A stretch of 32,000 nucleotides of DNA from Geotalea uraniireducens Rf4. Lineage in GTDB: Bacteria; Desulfobacterota; Desulfuromonadia; Geobacterales; Geobacteraceae. Positions 17,906-26,099 of this stretch are shown here, one piece after another (position 1 is the first letter of the stretch; each line of letters starts with the position of its first letter). The notes under the pieces were generated by a model. That model searched no databases. It saw nothing but the letters and a program-made list of their open reading frames with translations, and was not told the DNA's origin. The translations under genes and the position numbers were made by a program. The stretch covers positions 3,720,001 through 3,752,000 of the forward strand of contig NC_009483.1 in the NCBI RefSeq assembly GCF_000016745.1, written 5' to 3'.

Positions 17906-19285
17906 TTAACTCAGACTCCCCAATAATTCCGCTAACTTTAAAGAAATACATTCCCTTGAATAGTTTTGATCAATATGCTTCATTGACGATACAGATATTT
18001 CCGTCCACAACTTCTCATTTGAATACAAACTTAGAACAGCTTCTGCAAAATTTTCTGGATTATCTGCTATCAAAACGTTCCTACCGTCATCAAGGCCCAT
18101 CCCTTCCGCACCGATAGTAGTTGTCACCACAGGCAGCCCATACATCATGCTTTGCCCTATTTTACCCTTCATTCCCGCACCAAAACGTAAGGGCGCTACA
18201 AAAACACGACAATTTTCAAAATATGGTGCAATATCTTTTACATATCCAGTAACGTTAACATCATCTGACCGAAGATTTAAAACCTCTCTTGTCGGATTAG
18301 TGCCGACTATATAAAATTTTATGGTAGGTATTTGAGTTTTAATTAATGGCAATATTTCTTTTACAAAATATTTAACTGCATCAACGTTCGGCTGATGAAG
18401 AAAATGCCCAATAAACATCAAATCATTTCGAGACTGAAATGGTTTGATTTCATAATTATTTATTTCATGAATATTAGGTATAACCTCAATTTTAAGATTA
18501 GAATCTAATTTATGTAAATAGTTTTTCTCATCTTTGGTCACTGTCAATACAATATCTGAGGCTTTAATATTTAATAACTCCAGTTTCTTAATATATTCTG
18601 CTTCTTTCAATAGTTTTGTGTCTCCAGTAACCGCGGCGGCTCTTTCAATTCTTAACCAATGTACATCTACTGTATCGTATATGACTGTACTATTAACCGC
18701 ATATGCCCTAATAAGCGATATATAATCAAAAGCAGGGTAGGGCTCTGATAGTATCACAATGTCATAACTTGGCCCATTTTCCCTTAAATACTTTTCCATA
18801 TCAACCATCTCACAAATCACCTCAATTCCAATTGCCCTAAGTTCAGTTACATAAGGTTCTCGGGGCTGCAATTCAGCAGCCATAAAGGTAATTTTACACC
18901 CTAATTCATTCAATATATTAAGAATGGTATACATTCTTAAGCCGCTCGAGTTTTTATCATAAGCGGGCACAGATATATCAATTACTAGTACATGTTTGTG
19001 TTGTTTGACAACTCTAAAAATACTGAAATAGTTGTGCTTCTTGTTATACGCAGTATTACAAAAAAGTTTTATATTTTGAGAACCTATTTTTCTTCTAATT
19101 TTGTATTCAAGATATGAAGGATGTATACGACGAAATTGCTCAACAAACAGTGCAATATTTTTTAAATTAACATTACATAAAAACTTTTTAGTATCCGTAA
19201 ATAGCATTACTATTATATTTATCAACAGTGCTATTCTCAAATAATTATATTTCATTTTTTCTTTGATCCAATACATTTTATTCAA
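17906..19285 (-). CDS. Family 4 (GT-B, Glycos_transf_1) glycosyltransferase with an N-terminal membrane-anchor extension
   Basis: The C-terminal half reads FIGHFLHQPNVDAV...FYIVGTNP...GYV.D....F...RVFVAPLRFGAGMKGKIGQSMMYGLPVVTTTIGAEGM, carrying the E-x7-E-type region. The N-terminus has a hydrophobic segment, LRIALLINIIVMLF. Confidence 0.8.
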   Translation of the reverse strand: MNKMYWIKEKMKYNYLRIALLINIIVMLFTDTKKFLCNVNLKNIALFVEQFRRIHPSYLEYKIRRKIGSQNIKLFCNTAYNKKHNYFSIFRVVKQHKHVLVIDISVPAYDKNSSGLRMYTILNILNELGCKITFMAAELQPREPYVTELRAIGIEVICEMVDMEKYLRENGPSYDIVILSEPYPAFDYISLIRAYAVNSTVIYDTVDVHWLRIERAAAVTGDTKLLKEAEYIKKLELLNIKASDIVLTVTKDEKNYLHKLDSNLKIEVIPNIHEINNYEIKPFQSRNDLMFIGHFLHQPNVDAVKYFVKEILPLIKTQIPTIKFYIVGTNPTREVLNLRSDDVNVTGYVKDIAPYFENCRVFVAPLRFGAGMKGKIGQSMMYGLPVVTTTIGAEGMGLDDGRNVLIADNPENFAEAVLSLYSNEKLWTEISVSSMKHIDQNYSRECISLKLAELLGSLS

Positions 19286-19295
19286 TCTGACAATA

Positions 19296-20174
19296 TTAGA
19301 TAGATATTATTTTACGACCCAATATTTTAAAGGCTTCAATAAGGCAACCACTAATCTTTTTATATTTTTCACGTAATTTCTGAATCTCCAGACATTTCTG
19401 GATCAAAAGTTCTTCATTGTCTAAAGCGCTTTTATGCAAAACTCTTGTATATTCCTCCAGTAGTTTACGGGCTTCTTTCTCGGCACCATGACGCATGATT
19501 ACCATAACAGCATCAACATGGGAGAGGTAACTGAATTCTGTTGTTTTTGCTTTAGGATGTTTAAGATTAAAGGAAAGCGTTGCATGTGTAGTCGTAAAAG
19601 TAAATTTCTTGGCAATCTTAATCCAGAAATCTAAATCCATGGCATAGTGAACATTCTCGTCCAGTGGTCCACAATGTTTCCATGTTTCTTTCGGAAAAAA
19701 GCATGAAGGTTGCCAGAAAAACTCATCAAACCAGTTGTAAAGCGACTCAAGAGTTATGGCTGTTCTGGCAACAGACAGGAACACATTCCCAGTCTCATCA
19801 ACCATTGCCCCTGCCCCAACGATTGCCCCGGCCGCAGGAGTGGCAAGTGCCGTTTCGGCAACCGTCTTAAGAGCACCGGCAGCGTAATAGTCGTCCGAAT
19901 TCAACCAGCCAAGCAGATCACCCGTCGCATGGGCAAATCCCTTGTTGATAGCGTGACTCTGTCCACGATCCTCTTCGCTTACCCAGTATTTAAGGTATTT
20001 CTCGTACTTTTTGATGATCTCGACGCTGTTGTCGCTGCTCTTGCCGTCGATGATGATATATTCCAGGTTCGGATACCCCTGCTCCAGGACGGAGAGGATG
20101 GTCTTTTCCAAATACCTCCCCTGGTTAAAGGAGGGGGTCACTATCGAGATTTTTGGCAAACCCGCGGGGTTCAT
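19296..20174 (-). CDS. Family 2 glycosyltransferase, compositionally chimeric (see findings)
   Basis: The sequence reads KISIVTPSFNQGRYLEKTILSVLEQGYPNLEYIIIDGKSSDNS...LNSDDYY. I chose the ATG at 20174 (MNPAGLPKISIV) because the track start at 20279 runs through a REP-like repeat. Confidence 0.85.
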   Translation of the reverse strand: MNPAGLPKISIVTPSFNQGRYLEKTILSVLEQGYPNLEYIIIDGKSSDNSVEIIKKYEKYLKYWVSEEDRGQSHAINKGFAHATGDLLGWLNSDDYYAAGALKTVAETALATPAAGAIVGAGAMVDETGNVFLSVARTAITLESLYNWFDEFFWQPSCFFPKETWKHCGPLDENVHYAMDLDFWIKIAKKFTFTTTHATLSFNLKHPKAKTTEFSYLSHVDAVMVIMRHGAEKEARKLLEEYTRVLHKSALDNEELLIQKCLEIQKLREKYKKISGCLIEAFKILGRKIISI

Positions 20175-20237
20175 TTTTGTGCGGCAACTCTTTTCTTGGC
20201 AATTTGTTGCTCCGGCGATAAAACATTCAAACCCTAG

Positions 20238-20293
20238 TGTAGGTGCGATTCGCGAATCGCCCCAGATTGGGCGCGGCAAGCCGAGCCCCTACC
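20238..20293. repeat. REP-like GC-rich palindromic element
   Basis: The element reads TGTAGGTGCGATTCGCGAATCGCCCC (20238-20263), then 5 intervening nt, then GGGCGCGGCAAGCCGAGCCCCTACC (20269-20293). It contains a perfect 16-bp palindrome, GCGATTCGCGAATCGC, at 20245-20260. It lies between galE and the GT2 gene. Confidence 0.55.
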
Positions 20294-20386
20294 ATTGATA
20301 TGTTTAACCACCGGACCAATAATACTTATACTACGATGCGTCACAAGAATTCAAATAGTTTGGTAATTTCAACAACTGGCATTAAC

Positions 20387-21370
20387 TCACCGCTTGTGCA
20401 GCTTTTGCTCCCAGCGCCAAGCATCTGCAACTATCATTTCCAGGTCGTTGAACCGAGGCTGCCAGTCCAGCGTCTGGCGGATACGGTCGGCCCGGGCAAC
20501 GAGCATTGCCGGATCGCCCGGCCTGCGCGGCCCTTCAACAACCGGGAAGTCAACGCCGCTCACCCGCTTCACCATGGCAATCACCTCGCGCACGCTTCCT
20601 CCCCGGCCGTACCCCACATTGAGCCGGGTGGGCTCCCCGCCGTTCTCCAAGTAGCGCAATGCGGCCAGATGGGCTGAAGCCAGATCCTCAATATGGATAT
20701 AGTCGCGGATTCCCGTTCCGTCCGGCGTCGGATAATCGGTGCCGAAGACGGAGACGCTGTCGCGCATCCCCAGTGCCGCCTGGCAGGCGACCTTGATCAG
20801 GTGGGTCGCCTCAGGGGTCCGCTGCCCCATACGCGCCAGCGGGTCTGCCCCAGCTACGTTGAAGTAGCGAAGCGCCACGTAGCGCAGCCCGTGGGCAAAA
20901 GCGGTGTCGCGCAACATCCATTCGCTCATGAGCTTGGAGGTACCATAGGGGTTGATCGGCACGGTCGGGCTTTCCTCCGCAGCAATCCCCCCCTCCGGCA
21001 TGCCGTAAACCGCCGCGGTGCTCGAAAATATGAACCGTTCCACTCCATGATTGACGCAGGCCTGGAGCAGATTGAGTGTGTTGCGGGTGTTGTTGGCATA
21101 ATATTTGAGCGGTTTGGTCACCGATTCCGGAGCGATGATGGCAGCAGCAAAATGGAGCACGGTTTTGCACTTAAATCCACGGAAGACACTCTCAAGTTTT
21201 TCACCATCGGCCAGGTCCCCGATCACCAGCTTTTCACCATGTATCAGGGCATCGGCAAATCCGGTGGAGAGGTTATCGTAAACGACCACATCGTAGCCGG
21301 CCTCGGAAAGTTGCCGCACCACGTGGCTGCCTATATAGCCGCAACCACCGGTAACAAGAATCGATTCCAT
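20387..21370 (-). CDS. galE: UDP-glucose 4-epimerase
   Basis: It has the Rossmann motif ILVTGGCGYIGSH, the catalytic YGTSK and a typical GalE C-terminus. It is 327 aa. Confidence 0.9.
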   Translation of the reverse strand: MESILVTGGCGYIGSHVVRQLSEAGYDVVVYDNLSTGFADALIHGEKLVIGDLADGEKLESVFRGFKCKTVLHFAAAIIAPESVTKPLKYYANNTRNTLNLLQACVNHGVERFIFSSTAAVYGMPEGGIAAEESPTVPINPYGTSKLMSEWMLRDTAFAHGLRYVALRYFNVAGADPLARMGQRTPEATHLIKVACQAALGMRDSVSVFGTDYPTPDGTGIRDYIHIEDLASAHLAALRYLENGGEPTRLNVGYGRGGSVREVIAMVKRVSGVDFPVVEGPRRPGDPAMLVARADRIRQTLDWQPRFNDLEMIVADAWRWEQKLHKR

Positions 21371-21418
21371 ATTACATTTTCTCCTCAGAATAAAACTTGA
21401 TGGGTAATCTTCTGTCTA

Positions 21419-21910
21419 CTATGCATCAAGCATGTCGATCAATTGTTGCAGTTTGCCGATAAACCGGTCATGGGCCGACTTGAATACCTCTGTAGCTTTT
21501 GGGGTCCTGCCATCGACCAGCTTGAGCTTTTCCACATCCAGCTCACTCTGATAGATATGCCTGAATACATGCCTGAAGGCGCGCAACTCATCAATCAATG
21601 GCACATCTTTGCTCTGTAACAACGCAGGACGAATCCCCTCAATTTCGAGGGACATTCTCTTTATCAAGTCCTTATGCCAGTACAGCTTATCAACATTGTT
21701 CTCAAAACACTTGGCGACCCTGAGAAAATAATTCTCCATGAGGTTATAAAGATTGACAATGGTGTAAGCCAGACCAACGTAATCGAACTCATCGGGATCG
21801 ATAGCGGCCAGTTTGGCATGGACCAGCCGGTATTTCCCCTCCAGTTCTTCCAGCACCTGCATATCAGCAAGCAACTCCGCTTTCAACGTTCTCAACCGCT
21901 CACTTTTCAT
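21419..21910 (-). CDS. HEPN-domain protein, putative HepT-like RNase toxin of an MNT-HEPN (type VII-like) module
   Basis: It is 163 aa. An R-x4-H-x-Y motif lies in LRAFRHVFRHIY. It overlaps the upstream nucleotidyltransferase gene by 11 nt. Confidence 0.65.
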   Translation of the reverse strand: MKSERLRTLKAELLADMQVLEELEGKYRLVHAKLAAIDPDEFDYVGLAYTIVNLYNLMENYFLRVAKCFENNVDKLYWHKDLIKRMSLEIEGIRPALLQSKDVPLIDELRAFRHVFRHIYQSELDVEKLKLVDGRTPKATEVFKSAHDRFIGKLQQLIDMLDA

Positions 21911-22271
21911 AGAGGACTATCCCCTCCCGCGCTACTGCGGATTTTATCCTGTCATCGGCGGTAGAAAGATCCACCACATCCACCTTAAAAGGGCTGTCCA
22001 GGGCAATGGAGACAATCTCCAGAAAACGTTCACCGGAACAGGATACAGCCAGGTCAATGTCAAAATCCAGCGACGAAGCATCATTCCGGGCCAGTGATCC
22101 GAAAAGGATTACCCTGGTGATGGTCGGATCAAGCAAAATGAATTTACTGACAAGCGTCTGCACTTCCTCCAGCGCCTGTGCCTTACGGATTGCCAGGGCA
22201 TCACTCTTTTGCCGCTGCAAGCGCCTCTGATAATCAGCCATGCGGGACAATTTATCTGATGATAACGGCAT
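21900..22271 (-). CDS. Minimal nucleotidyltransferase (MNT/MntA-like) antitoxin partner
   Basis: It is 123 aa. It has the G-S-x(n)-D-x-D pattern in VILFGSLARNDASSLDFDIDLAV. Confidence 0.8.
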   Translation of the reverse strand: MPLSSDKLSRMADYQRRLQRQKSDALAIRKAQALEEVQTLVSKFILLDPTITRVILFGSLARNDASSLDFDIDLAVSCSGERFLEIVSIALDSPFKVDVVDLSTADDRIKSAVAREGIVLYEK

Positions 22272-22371
22272 ACACCGGCCTTTCCAAGTCGTTTTTCACT
22301 TTCATCGCCATTTGCGCATTGGATGAGATGGGATAAGAACATGGGGGGCCTCTAGCGGGGGGCTAGAAGTT

Positions 22372-22479
22372 TCAGCATTGGGAAATAAGTCCGGGTTCTG
22401 AAGACCATCCGTACCACTCCTGATCCTCCTCAAAAACATCAAGGAGAACATTACTGTCAACCAGCACTACGCCGGACAT
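22372..22479 (-). pseudogene. Truncated PIN-domain (VapC) toxin remnant, 35 codons
   Basis: The remnant reads MSGVVLVDSNVLLDVFEEDQEWYGWSSEPGLISQC*. It keeps the PIN N-terminus (VLVDSNVLLD) but stops after 35 aa. Its ATG (22479-22477) overlaps the antitoxin TGA by 1 nt. A hairpin, TCTAGC-GGGGG-GCTAGA at 22351-22367, follows. Confidence 0.5.
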
Positions 22480-22709
22480 CAATCTTCGCCCCTGGTCAAG
22501 GCCATGATTTCAGCGGTACTCATCCGCACCGTTGCACGTCCCCGCATTCTCTCAACAAGTTTTTTCCCTCTGGACTGTGCGCCTTCCCCCTTGCGCAGAT
22601 ACACCACATTCCCCTCGATAACAAACTCCACTTCCGAATGGGGAAGGAATCCCATCTGCTCACGCACTTCGCGGGGAATCGTCACCTGACCTTTTGTCGT
22701 GATGCGCAT
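22479..22709 (-). CDS. AbrB/MazE/SpoVT-type antitoxin (VapB-like), apparently orphaned
   Basis: The protein opens MRITTKGQVTIPREVREQMGFLPHSEVEFVIEGNVVYL, a swapped-hairpin AbrB motif. I chose the ATG at 22709, giving 76 aa. Confidence 0.75.
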   Translation of the reverse strand: MRITTKGQVTIPREVREQMGFLPHSEVEFVIEGNVVYLRKGEGAQSRGKKLVERMRGRATVRMSTAEIMALTRGED

Positions 22710-22744
22710 ATCAATGCTCCTCAAAAGTAATACCATTATATGTA

Positions 22745-22897
22745 TTACCACAAAAGCAATATGTCAAGTCGCTTATCGGTTATGAATGAGACATAATCGT
22801 CTCGCTTCAGATCTGATAGCGTAAGTTTGCCATACAACATGCCGGGGTTGGTAATAACAATCCGGTCGTCAAACACCTTGATCACAATATCCGACAC
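22745..22897 (-). pseudogene. Short remnant resembling the HATPase_c_4 C-terminal region of AlbA_2/Schlafen-type putative regulators (COG2865)
   Basis: The minus-strand frame reads VSDIVIKVFDDRIVITNPGMLYGKLTLSDLKRDDYVS.... This matches the ..I.IFDDR.EI.NPG.L..G.T..DL pattern I recall for that family. A stop lies immediately upstream, and the similarity is lost after about 36 codons. Confidence 0.3.
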
Positions 22898-22991
22898 GGG
22901 AATTTACCTGTTAAACTCGCTTGTTGCCTTTCTCCGCGTATCTCCGCGCCTCCGCGTGAGTCAAGCCTTTCAAACCATGTCGCAACTCAAA

Positions 22992-23059
22992 TAATCTCGG
23001 ATTTTAAAGCCTCTAATCTCGGATTATTTATTTACTAATCTCGGATTATGCCGTACAAT
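22992..23059 (+). promoter_or_regulatory. Three phased palindromic operator-like sites plus a -10-like box in front of the ATPase gene
   Basis: TAATCTCGGATT occurs at 22992, 23014 and 23036, exactly 22 bp apart. Copies 2 and 3 are the 13-bp palindrome TAATC-TCG-GATTA. TACAAT lies at 23054-23059. Confidence 0.5.
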
Positions 23060-23082
23060 TTCAAGCCATGGGGGACAAGAAC

Positions 23083-24330
23083 ATGTTTTTTAAACGTCAT
23101 ATTAAAGCACGTCTCATAGACCTGCTGAATGATTTCCGCATCGTGTACCTCACCGGCCCCAGACAGGCTGGGAAAAGCACTCTTGTCAGGGAGATCGCCA
23201 AAGAACAGGGGATGGGATACTACACTCTTGATGATGCTGCCCTGGCAGCCTCTGCAGAAAGCGACCCCCAGGGCCTGCTTGCTTCGCTGCCAAAACCGCT
23301 TGTTCTGGACGAATTCCAGATGGCACCAAACCTGATCGGCGCCATTAAGATGGCTTCCGACACCGCCAATGGTCAAAAAGGCATCTTTCTTCTCACCGGA
23401 TCATCCGACATCTTTCGCTCGGCACAGGTTCAGGAATCTTTGCCGGGGCATATGGCTCGGATTGAGTTATATCCTTTGTCGCATGTGGAACGACACGAGG
23501 GGCATCTCAATACAATCGATTGGCTCATCAACGGCACATTCGAGCATACGCAGCTGAAACCGCTGGACAGAAAAGAGTTGGGAGATCTCCTCATAGAGGG
23601 AGGGTATCCCGAAGCGATAGCCAAAAGCCCCCGTTCACGAAGCATCTGGTTTGCTTCATACATTGAAGGGCGCTTATTGAAAGACTTTGAAACCATGCAT
23701 CACGCCAAAGGAGACTATCACACAAAACTTTCTGCACTCATCCGCAACCTGGCAGGTATGACCGGTAATCTCATCAAATACGCCAATATAGCCAATGACC
23801 TGTCTCAGGACGACAAAACAGTAAAACGGTATATAGAGATCCTTGAACTCATGTTTATCATTCGTCGGCTCCATCCTTACGTGCGCAACAGCGCCAAGCG
23901 TGCCGTTGTAGGGATGCCCAAGCTGCATTTTGTCGACACGGGTCTGGCCTGCCACCTCCTGGGGTTGAAAAAGTCCGACACGCTTCACACCTCGCAGTTT
24001 TTCGGAGGATTGGTGGAAAACTTCGTTTTTTGCGAACTGCTGAAACATGCGACCTGGTCGGAAGAGGATGTGAACTTTTATCACTTTCGTGATACAGCCC
24101 GGCACGAACTTGATCTTGTTATCGAACGGAGCGACGGCACCGTGGTTGGTGTTGAAGTCAAGGCATCCATGACGGTTAAGCCGGAAGATTTTTCAGGGCT
24201 GTCGATCTTTGCAGACTATGCCAAAGATAAGTTTTCCCACGGGGTGTTGTTCTATTCAGGAGACAAGGTACTTCCCTTCAGGATCAATGATAGAATTTTC
24301 CATGCCCTGCCGATTTCTTCATTGATGTAG
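23083..24330 (+). CDS. AAA-type ATPase with a DUF4143 C-terminal region (COG1373-like)
   Basis: The N-terminus is typical: MFFKRHIKARLIDLLNDFRIVYLTGPRQAGKSTL (Walker A). A Walker B-like LVLDEFQ follows, and the C-terminus contains HFRD....ELDLVIE. The ATG at 23083 is preceded by GGGGGA at 23069-23074. The track start at 23068 is an alternative. Confidence 0.8.
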   Translation: MFFKRHIKARLIDLLNDFRIVYLTGPRQAGKSTLVREIAKEQGMGYYTLDDAALAASAESDPQGLLASLPKPLVLDEFQMAPNLIGAIKMASDTANGQKGIFLLTGSSDIFRSAQVQESLPGHMARIELYPLSHVERHEGHLNTIDWLINGTFEHTQLKPLDRKELGDLLIEGGYPEAIAKSPRSRSIWFASYIEGRLLKDFETMHHAKGDYHTKLSALIRNLAGMTGNLIKYANIANDLSQDDKTVKRYIEILELMFIIRRLHPYVRNSAKRAVVGMPKLHFVDTGLACHLLGLKKSDTLHTSQFFGGLVENFVFCELLKHATWSEEDVNFYHFRDTARHELDLVIERSDGTVVGVEVKASMTVKPEDFSGLSIFADYAKDKFSHGVLFYSGDKVLPFRINDRIFHALPISSLM

Positions 24331-24352
24331 CCCTGATAATTCAGAACGGCAA

Positions 24353-26035
24353 CTAATACCTGTAGCTCAAATCCACCTTCAAGAGCTGGTTGGTCTGCTT
24401 TGCCCCACCCACCAGGTTGAAGTTGTGAATCCGCTCCCAACCGTACATAAGGTTTGCGTCCAGATCACCTACAAGGGGGAAGTTCCAGGCGACGCGGATG
24501 GCGTTCTTCCTCTCCAGCGCCTGCATCACTCCATTCGGATCAAAGCGGTTGTCGGCGTTGACAGTCACCCGCCCTTCATGGCCGCGGTCGGTGCGAAAAT
24601 ACTCGAGGGCCAGGATGTTACGTGGCGAGAACCAGTGGCTGTACCGGCAGTAGAACTCGATGGCCCCTCCCCCTTGGGAGTCGCCTGGGGTCATTCCCTG
24701 ATAGACGTACCCCGCCGGGAACTTGAAGTCAGTATAGAGCATCGGGTTGCCGTAGAAAAACTCGAAACGTAAGTCGTCCCGGCCGCTCTCCGTGAGACGT
24801 GGGATGTAGAAGCCCGCCACGTAGCTCTCCACGAAGGGCCAGAAGCCAGCCGAGTCCTCCCCGGCGTACTCGCCGTAGAGCTCCGTGTTGGCGAGCCACG
24901 GGATGCGGAAGCGGAGGTCGATCCCGGCAATGGTGTTATTGTGGTTGGTGGTTCCGCCACCGAAGATGTTGTCCTGCAACGTCGAGGAACCGCTGAAGCC
25001 GTGCCCCCCTTCCTGGCGGACGAAGTTAACGCCGATCTCCCACCACGGTTTCGGCTTCAGGGCGAGCTTTAACCCGAGGAACCAGGGTTGCCGCAGCGTC
25101 TCACCACTGCCTGTCTCATCGAAGCGGGAGAGTATTAGAGCGTACTTGAACTCCCCAAGGTAGCTCTTCACCCACCCCACGTCCACCGGCTCGGGGCTGG
25201 AGAGCTTGACGAGATCGAAGTTCCGGGCGTTGTTGCTCAGGGTCAGGGCGCCGCGCCGGCCAGGACCGAACCAGTTGGCGTCGCGCCCCGCCTCCAACTC
25301 GAGCCCCCCACTGCCGATTTTCAGGTACCCCTTTCCCAGTTTCAGCACATCATTTTCCGGGGTCGCCAGTAAATACGGCTCGACCAGAAACGATGCCTTG
25401 TCGAGAAGATACCCCTCGGCGGCGAAACGGACCTCGCCGTTATTCCCCGATCGGTAGATCACCCCCTCGTTGTTTTCCAGGAGCGGGGTCCCTTCGGTGC
25501 CCGACTCGTGGCCGATACCGGCCGTCCCCGGCCTCAGGTTCCCGCCAATGAAGCCGAAGACCGACTGGTCGCCGGGGATGAAGATATCGCGGTTGTAGCT
25601 GCGCGGAACGCCGTTCAGGTGGACGTAACGCAGTCGCGCATAAGAGACCGGATTAAAATCGGCAAAAGGCGCGTTGCCAGGCTTTTCTCTGAGCTCCGCC
25701 TCACGGGGGACTAACTCCTTGAGCCGCCTAATGACCTGTTCGGCCAGGGGCAATTCCCCCGGGGTGAGGCGGGCTTCGCTTGCTTCTGCCTCGCTGAGCA
25801 GCCGAGCGACCTCCGCCCGGCTGTATGGCCGTAGTCCCCGGACGTCCGAATCAATGAGGCCGAAGCCCGAGAGCTTCTCCACGTAGTCGTAGACCGGACT
25901 GTCCAGTGGGATGTTGTTAGAAGCGAGTGCCCATACCTGCGACGCAGTAAAGGTTACAAGCAACAGAACCAGTTCAGTTACTAATAATTTGGAAATAGAC
26001 TTTTTTGTTTTTTTATCTTTCACACATTCTTTCAT
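24353..26035 (-). CDS. Wzi-family capsule-assembly outer-membrane beta-barrel protein
   Basis: It has a signal peptide (LLLVTFTASQVWA) and the N-terminal Wzi pattern IPLDSPVYDYVEKLSGFGLI...RPYSRAEVARLL. The body alternates aromatic and Gly-rich residues and ends LKVDLSYRY, a beta-barrel terminal motif. Confidence 0.72.
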   Translation of the reverse strand: MKECVKDKKTKKSISKLLVTELVLLLVTFTASQVWALASNNIPLDSPVYDYVEKLSGFGLIDSDVRGLRPYSRAEVARLLSEAEASEARLTPGELPLAEQVIRRLKELVPREAELREKPGNAPFADFNPVSYARLRYVHLNGVPRSYNRDIFIPGDQSVFGFIGGNLRPGTAGIGHESGTEGTPLLENNEGVIYRSGNNGEVRFAAEGYLLDKASFLVEPYLLATPENDVLKLGKGYLKIGSGGLELEAGRDANWFGPGRRGALTLSNNARNFDLVKLSSPEPVDVGWVKSYLGEFKYALILSRFDETGSGETLRQPWFLGLKLALKPKPWWEIGVNFVRQEGGHGFSGSSTLQDNIFGGGTTNHNNTIAGIDLRFRIPWLANTELYGEYAGEDSAGFWPFVESYVAGFYIPRLTESGRDDLRFEFFYGNPMLYTDFKFPAGYVYQGMTPGDSQGGGAIEFYCRYSHWFSPRNILALEYFRTDRGHEGRVTVNADNRFDPNGVMQALERKNAIRVAWNFPLVGDLDANLMYGWERIHNFNLVGGAKQTNQLLKVDLSYRY

Positions 26036-26099
26036 GCTGAATCAGCGAACCTGTGTCTCGAGTGGGCAAAGCGGGCAAGGGACCTTAAGACAACGTCTT

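Noticed and set aside
20693-21400. A 235-aa plus-strand ORF. The same applies to 13244-13774 and 13934-14542.
   Set aside because: They are antisense shadows of galE, gmk and yicC respectively.
22109-22342. A 77-aa minus-strand ORF overlapping the MNT gene start, and the 113-aa ORF at 23035-23376.
   Set aside because: They overlap better-supported genes (the MNT and the AAA ATPase) in other frames, and their sequences are not informative.
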